DNA of 64,000 nucleotides from Squalus acanthias (lineage: Eukaryota), in contig JASTWF010000325.1 of assembly GCA_030390025.1 (NCBI GenBank), positions 372,001 to 436,000 on the forward strand. The letters run 5' to 3'. Positions 58,409 through 64,000 of this stretch are shown here, piece by piece (position 1 is the first letter of the stretch; each line of letters opens with the position of its first letter). The position numbers and the translations under genes are program-made. The notes below the pieces were generated by a model. It made no database searches, was not told the DNA's origin, and was given only the letters and a program-made list of their open reading frames with translations.

Positions 58409-59228
58409 ATTTTTGGGCGCGGTCGGGGTTCACTGACCGTGGCGGCACGTGGAACTTCTTCTCGCCTTCTTCTCGTCTTCTTCTTGTCTCGTCTCCTCGG
58501 GCCTCCGGGTCCAGACACCGTTTACCGACACTCGGGATGGTGTACCCTGTTACTTGCCCTTGTCGGGGCGGCTCGTACCGATTGAGCTCCACCCAACACT
58601 CGAATAACCAACCAGTACGGCTAAGAGTCAAGAGTCAACAAAGTCCAGAGAGAAAATCAAGAGCCCACAAGTCAAGCGAGTTCATGAAGAGGCAAGCGAA
58701 ATAAGAGAGGGATGGACATTTGTTCTCTATAGTTATAGTGATGTGTCCACTTATCTCCCGCTCAAATCTTAATGTTTGTCCTTTGTGTAATATTTGGCGC
58801 TCAAAACTCCCAGCATGGGGCGATTATCTTCTTTACCGGGTTTCAGTAGCACCTGAAACTGGCCAACTATCCGTTAATGTTTTCCCCATTGTTGACCCAG
58901 CCAGGATGTGTATGAATCGTCTCCTCGACTGGTTTTGGGGGCCCCCGAATACCGACTTAATCACCCGTCAATGTCTCTCTCATTGTAGAGCCGGGGGGGT
59001 ATTTGTGTATTGATGTGTCTGGATGGGCCTTCGATTGCCCAGTACAATGATCCTTACTGTGCATAGGAAAACGATTCCAGCACTTATATCATTGCTATTG
59101 TTCACAATGCAACGGGTTGCATCCTGTCTTTATCAATTTTTACCAAGTATGATCCAATCTTATACTGAATGTATATTCGACGCCATCTTGTCTGCCCACT
59201 GTGTTTCTGGAAGCTTCTGCCACGATGC

Positions 59229-59997
59229 CGAGAACTTTGTGGATTACTCATTTAGTGAGTTGAACACACCGCGGGTAAAGGCTAGGTCAGACAGTAAATG
59301 GGTGACCAAGAGGCAGGGCAATATCAGGAAGGTAGTGCAGGAGTCCCCTGCGGTCGTCTCCCTCCAAAACAGATATACCGTTTTGGATACTGTTGGGGGA
59401 AATGACCTACCAGGGGAAGGCACCAGCAGCCAGGTTCATGGCACCATGGCTGGCTCTGCTGCACAGCAGGGCGGGAAAAAGAGTGGTAGAGCTATAGTGA
59501 TAGGGGACTCAATTGTAAGGGGAATAGACAGGAGTTTCTGTGGCCGCAACCGAGATTCCAGGATGGTATGTTGCCTCCCTGGTGCAAGGGTCAAGGATGT
59601 CTCGGAGCGGCTGCAGAACATTCTGGAAAGGGAGGGTGAAGAGCCAGCTGTCGTGGTGCATGTAGGTACCAACGATATAGGTAAAAAGCAGGAAGAGGTT
59701 CTACAAGCAGAATTTAGGGAGCTAGGAGCTAAATTGAAAAGTAGGACCTCAAAGGTAGTAATCTCTGGGTTGCTACCAGTGCCACGTGCTAATCAGAGTA
59801 GCATGAACAGGATAGCGAGATTAAATACGTGGCTTGAGCAGTGGTGCAGGAGGGAGGGATTCAAATACCTGAGGCATTGGAACCAGTTCTGGGGGAAGTG
59901 GGACCTGTACAAAAGGGACGGTCTGCACTTGGGCAGGACTGGAACCGATGTCCTCGGGGTAATATTTGCTAAGGCAGTTCGGGAGGATTTAAACTAA
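59229..59997 (+). CDS. CR1 ORF1 C-terminal SGNH/GDSL esterase domain
   Basis: IVIGDSIVRG, CLPGARV, HVGTND, DGLHL motifs. Confidence 0.9.
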
Positions 59998-60044
59998 TAT
60001 GGCAGGGGAATGGGAACCTATGTAGCGAAACAGGGGGAAGTAAT

Positions 60045-62983
60045 ATGCAGTCAGAAACAAATGTTAGAAGGGTGAGAAACAATAAGGGAAATCCGAGTAA
60101 ACAAAGGCAAGAAACACAAAGGGCCATACTAAATCATAAGTCTAAAAGGACAAAGGGTGTTAATAAAACAAGCCTAAAGGCTCTGTGTCTTAATGCAAGG
60201 AGTATCCGTAATAAGGTGGATGAATTGACTGTGCAAATTGATGTTAACGGATATGATGTGATTGGGATTACAGAGACGTGGCTCCAGAACAATCAAGGCT
60301 GGGAACTGAATATCCAGGGGTATTCAACATTCAGGAAGGATAGAATAAAAGGAAAAGGGGGTGGGGTAGCATTGCTGGTTAAAAAGGAGATTAATGCAAT
60401 AGCTAGGAAGGACATTAGCTTGGAGGATGTGGAATCAATATGGGTTGAGCTGCAGAACACCAAAGGGCAGAAAACGTTAGTGGGGGTTGTGTACAGACCT
60501 CCAAACAGTAGTAGTGAGGTGGGGGAGGGTATGAAACAGGAAATCAGAGTTGCATGCAAAAAAGGCGCTGCAGTTATCATGGGTGACTTTAATATGCATA
60601 TAGATTGGGCTACTCAAACTGGAAGCAATACGGTGGAGGAGGATTTCCTGGAGTGTTTAAGGGATGGTTTCCTAAACCAATATGTTGAGGAACCAACTAG
60701 AGGGGAGGCCATCCTGGACTGGGTGTTGTGTAATGAGGAAGGACTAATCAGCAATCTTGTGGTGCGAGGCCCCTTGGGGAAGAGTGACCATAGTATGGTG
60801 GAGTTCTACATTAGGATGGAGAAGGAAACAGTTAAGTCAGAGACCATGGTCCAGAACTTAAATAAGGGCAACTTTGAGGGTATGAGGCGTGAATTGGCGA
60901 GGTTAGATTGGCAAGCGATATTTAAGGGGTTATCAGTGGAAGGGCAATGGCAGACATTTAGAGATCGCATGGATGAACTACAACAATTGTACATCCCTGT
61001 CTGGCGTAAAAATAAAAAAGGGAAGGTGGCTCAACCATGGCTAACAAGGGAAATCAGGGATAGTATTAAAAGCGAGGAAGTGGCATACAAATTGGCCAGA
61101 AGTAGCAGCAAACCCGGGGACTGGGAGAACTTCAAAACTCAGCAGAGGAGGACGAAGGGTTTGATTAGGGCAGGGAAAATAAAATATGAAAGGAAGCTTG
61201 CGGAGAACATTAAAACGGACTGCAAAAGCTTCTATAAATATGTAAAAAGAAAGAGGTTAGTAAAAACAAACGTAGGTCCCCTGCAGTCAGAAACAGGGGA
61301 AGTCATAATGGGGAACAAAGAAATGGCAGATCAATTGAACAAGTACTTTGGTTCGGTGTTTACTGTGGAGGACACAAACAACCTTCCAGAAATAAAAGGG
61401 GTCAGAGGATCTGGTAAGAGGGAGGAGCTGAGGGAAATCCTTATCAGTCGGGAAAAGGTGTTGGGGAAATTGATGGGACTGAAGGCTGATAAATCCCCAG
61501 GGCCTGATGGTCTGCATCCCAGAGTACTGAAGGAGGTGGCCTTGGAAATAGTGGATGCATTGACGATCATTTTCCAACATTCCTTAGACTCTGGATCAGT
61601 TCCAAAGGAGTGGAGGGTGGCTAATGTAACCCCTCTTTTTAGAAAAGGAGGGAGGGAGAAAGCAGGGAATTATAGACCGGTCAGCCTGACATCGGTGGTG
61701 GGTAAAATGATGGAATCAATTATTAAAGATGTCATAACAGACCATTTGGAAAGTGGCGACATGATAGGTCCAAGTCAGCATGGATTTGTGAAAGGGAAAT
61801 CATGCTTGACAAATCTTCTGGAATTTTTTGAGGATGTTTCCAATAGGGTGGACGGGGGGGGGAACCAGTAGATGTGGTGTATTTGGACTTTCAGAAGGCC
61901 TTCGACAAGGTCCCACACAAGAGATTGGTGTGCAAAGTTAAAGCACATGGGATTGGGGGTAATGTGTTGACGTGGATTGAGAACTGGTTGGCACACAGGA
62001 AACAAAGAGTAGGAGTAAATGGGTACTTTTCAGAATGGCAGGCAGTGACCAGCGGGGTACCGCAGGGTTCGGTGCTGGGGCCCCAGCTGTTTACATTATA
62101 TATTAATGATTTGGACGAAGGGATTAATTGTAATATCTCCAAATTTGCGGATGACACTAAATTGGGAGGCAGTGTGAACAATGAGGAGGATGCTAGGAGG
62201 CTACAGAGTGACTTGGACAGGTTGGGTGAATGGGGAAATGTATGGCAGATGAAGTACAATGTGGATAAATGTGAGGTTATCCACTTTGGTGGTAAAAATA
62301 GGGAGGCAGACTATTACCTGAATGGTGGCAGATTAGGGAAAAGGGAGGTGCAACGAGACCTGGGCGTCATGGTACATCAGTCACTGAAGGTGGGAAGGCA
62401 AGTGCAGCAGGCAGTCAAGAAAGCAAATGGCATGATGGCCTTCATAGCAAGGGGATTTGAGTACAGGAGTAGGGAGGTGATGCTACAGTTGTACAGGGCC
62501 TTGGTGAGGCCACACCTGGAGTATTGTGCGCAGTTTTGGTCTCCTAACTTGAGGAAGGACATTCTTGCTATTGAGGGAGTGCAACGAAGGTTCACTAGAT
62601 TGATTCCTGGGATGGCCAGACTGACATATCAAGAAAGACTGGATCAATTGAACTTGTATCCTCTGGAGTTCAGAAGAATGAGGGGGGATCTTATAGAGAC
62701 GTTTAAAATCCTGACTGGTTTAGACAAATTAGATGCGGGCAGAATGTTTCCAATGTTAGGGAAAACTAAAACCAGGGGTCACAGTCTAAGGATAAAGGGG
62801 AAGCCATTTAAGACTGAGATGAGGAGGAACTTCTTCACCCAGAGAGTGGTGAATCTGTGAAATTCTCTACCACAGAAGGTTGTTGAGGCCAGTTCGCTAA
62901 ATATATTCAAAAGGGAGTTAGATATAATACTCACAACTAGGGGGATCAAGGGGCATGGCGAGAAAGCAGGAATGGGGTACTGA
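60045..62983 (+). pseudogene. CR1 ORF2 (APE + RT)
   Basis: [52 protein letters not shown]. One frameshift in the G run at ~61853-61862 and a TGA at 62858-62860. Confidence 0.93.
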
Positions 62984-63212
62984 GGTAGCATGTTCAGCCA
63001 TGAACGCATTGAATGGCGGTGCAGGCTCGAAGGACCGAATGGTCTACTCCTGCACCTATTTTCTATGTTTCTATGTTTCTATGATGCGCGGCGGCCATTT
63101 TACAGGCTTCTGTGTCCTTTATTATCAGGACAGCATTTCGTTTAATAAAACTGATCACACGAATCTGCTTCTCTTATGTTATTTTGAATCGCGATAATTG
63201 CGAAACTTTACA

Positions 63213-64000
63213 CATGTGCAGCCATTGAGACATGTGCAGCCATTGGGACATGTGCAACCATTGAGACATGTGCAGCCATTGAGACATGTGCAGCCATTGG
63301 GACATGTGCAACCATTGAGACATGTGCAGCCATTGAGACATGTGCAGCCAGTTTAGTCAGTTTGACATGTGAATCCATTGGGGATGTGCAGCCAGTGGGA
63401 GATGTACAGCCACTGGGAGATGTGCAGCCAGTGGGAGATGTGCAGCCACTGGGAGATGTGCAGCCAGTGGGAGATGTGCAGCCAGTGGGAGATGTGCAGC
63501 CACTGGGAGATGTACAGCCACTGGGAGATGTGCAGCCAGTGGGAGATGTGCAGCCAGTGGGACATGTGCAGCCACTGGGACATGTGAAACCAGTGGGAGA
63601 TGTGCAGCCAGTGGGAGATGTGCAGCCAGTGGGACATGTGCAGCCACTGGGACATGTGAAACCAGTGGGAGATGTGCAGCCAGTGGAAGATGTGCAGCCA
63701 GTGGGACATGTGCAGCCACTGGGACATGTGCAGACAGTGGGAGATGTGCAGCCACTGGGACATGTGCAGCCAGTGGGACATGTGCAGCCACTGGGAGATG
63801 TGCAGCCAGTGGGACATGTGCAGCCAGTGGGAGATGTGCAGCCAGTGGGACATGTGCAGCCAGTGGGACATGTGAAACCAGTGGGAGCTGTGCAGCCACT
63901 GGGACATGTGAAACCAGTGGGAGATGTGCAGCCAGTGGGACATGTGAAACCAGTGGGAGATGTGCAGCCAGTGGGACATGTGCAGCCAGTGGGACATGTG
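63213..64000. repeat. 18-bp satellite
   Basis: atgtgcagcca(g/c)tggga(g/c) units running to the window end. Confidence 0.97.

Larger units (their letters stand above)
59229..63082 (+). mobile_element. Near-intact CR1 LINE, 5'-truncated within ORF1
   Basis: ORF1 esterase, then ORF2 APE-RT, then a (ttctatgt)n tail. GATGC repeated at 59224-59228/63083-63087. Confidence 0.95.
53888..63212 (-). mobile_element. 3'-truncated retrovirus-like provirus (5' LTR, gag, pro, partial RT)
   Basis: Inferred LTR 63212-56828 (TGTAA..TTACA termini), PBS-like TGGCG..CGGCAGGA, long gag, protease LLDTGAS, RT up to YVDD. Confidence 0.85.

Noticed and set aside
59023..59228. N-terminal part of the 324-aa ORF as CR1 ORF1
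   Set aside because: It is chance read-in from LTR sequence upstream of the CR1 5' truncation point.

Overview
Repeat-dense vertebrate genomic DNA, most likely a cartilaginous fish (shark-type CR1/L2/Penelope/SINE content). There is no prokaryotic content, CRISPR array or rRNA/tRNA gene. Two host genes converge tail-to-tail: the last coding exon of an FGD-family PH-domain gene (FGD2-like, + strand, 5658-5876) and at least four frame-compatible 3' exons of an L-type calcium channel alpha-1 gene (CACNA1S-like, - strand, 42135 to 13463). The rest is nested mobile DNA and large minisatellite arrays, with a 200-N gap at 51083-51282. The mobile DNA comprises: (1) a Harbinger transposase remnant carrying an internally deleted Gypsy element, itself hit by a Harbinger MITE and a SINE; (2) three Penelope (Neptune-type) insertions with inverted pLTRs and minimal hammerhead ribozymes; (3) a LINE family with a tRNA-like Pol III head fused to an APE-RT frame without ORF1; (4) a near-intact CR1; (5) a truncated retrovirus-like provirus with a ~1.6 kb LTR, an in-frame CAA-UGA-CUA gag-pol junction and a spuma/loki-like RT, which is the most notable element.
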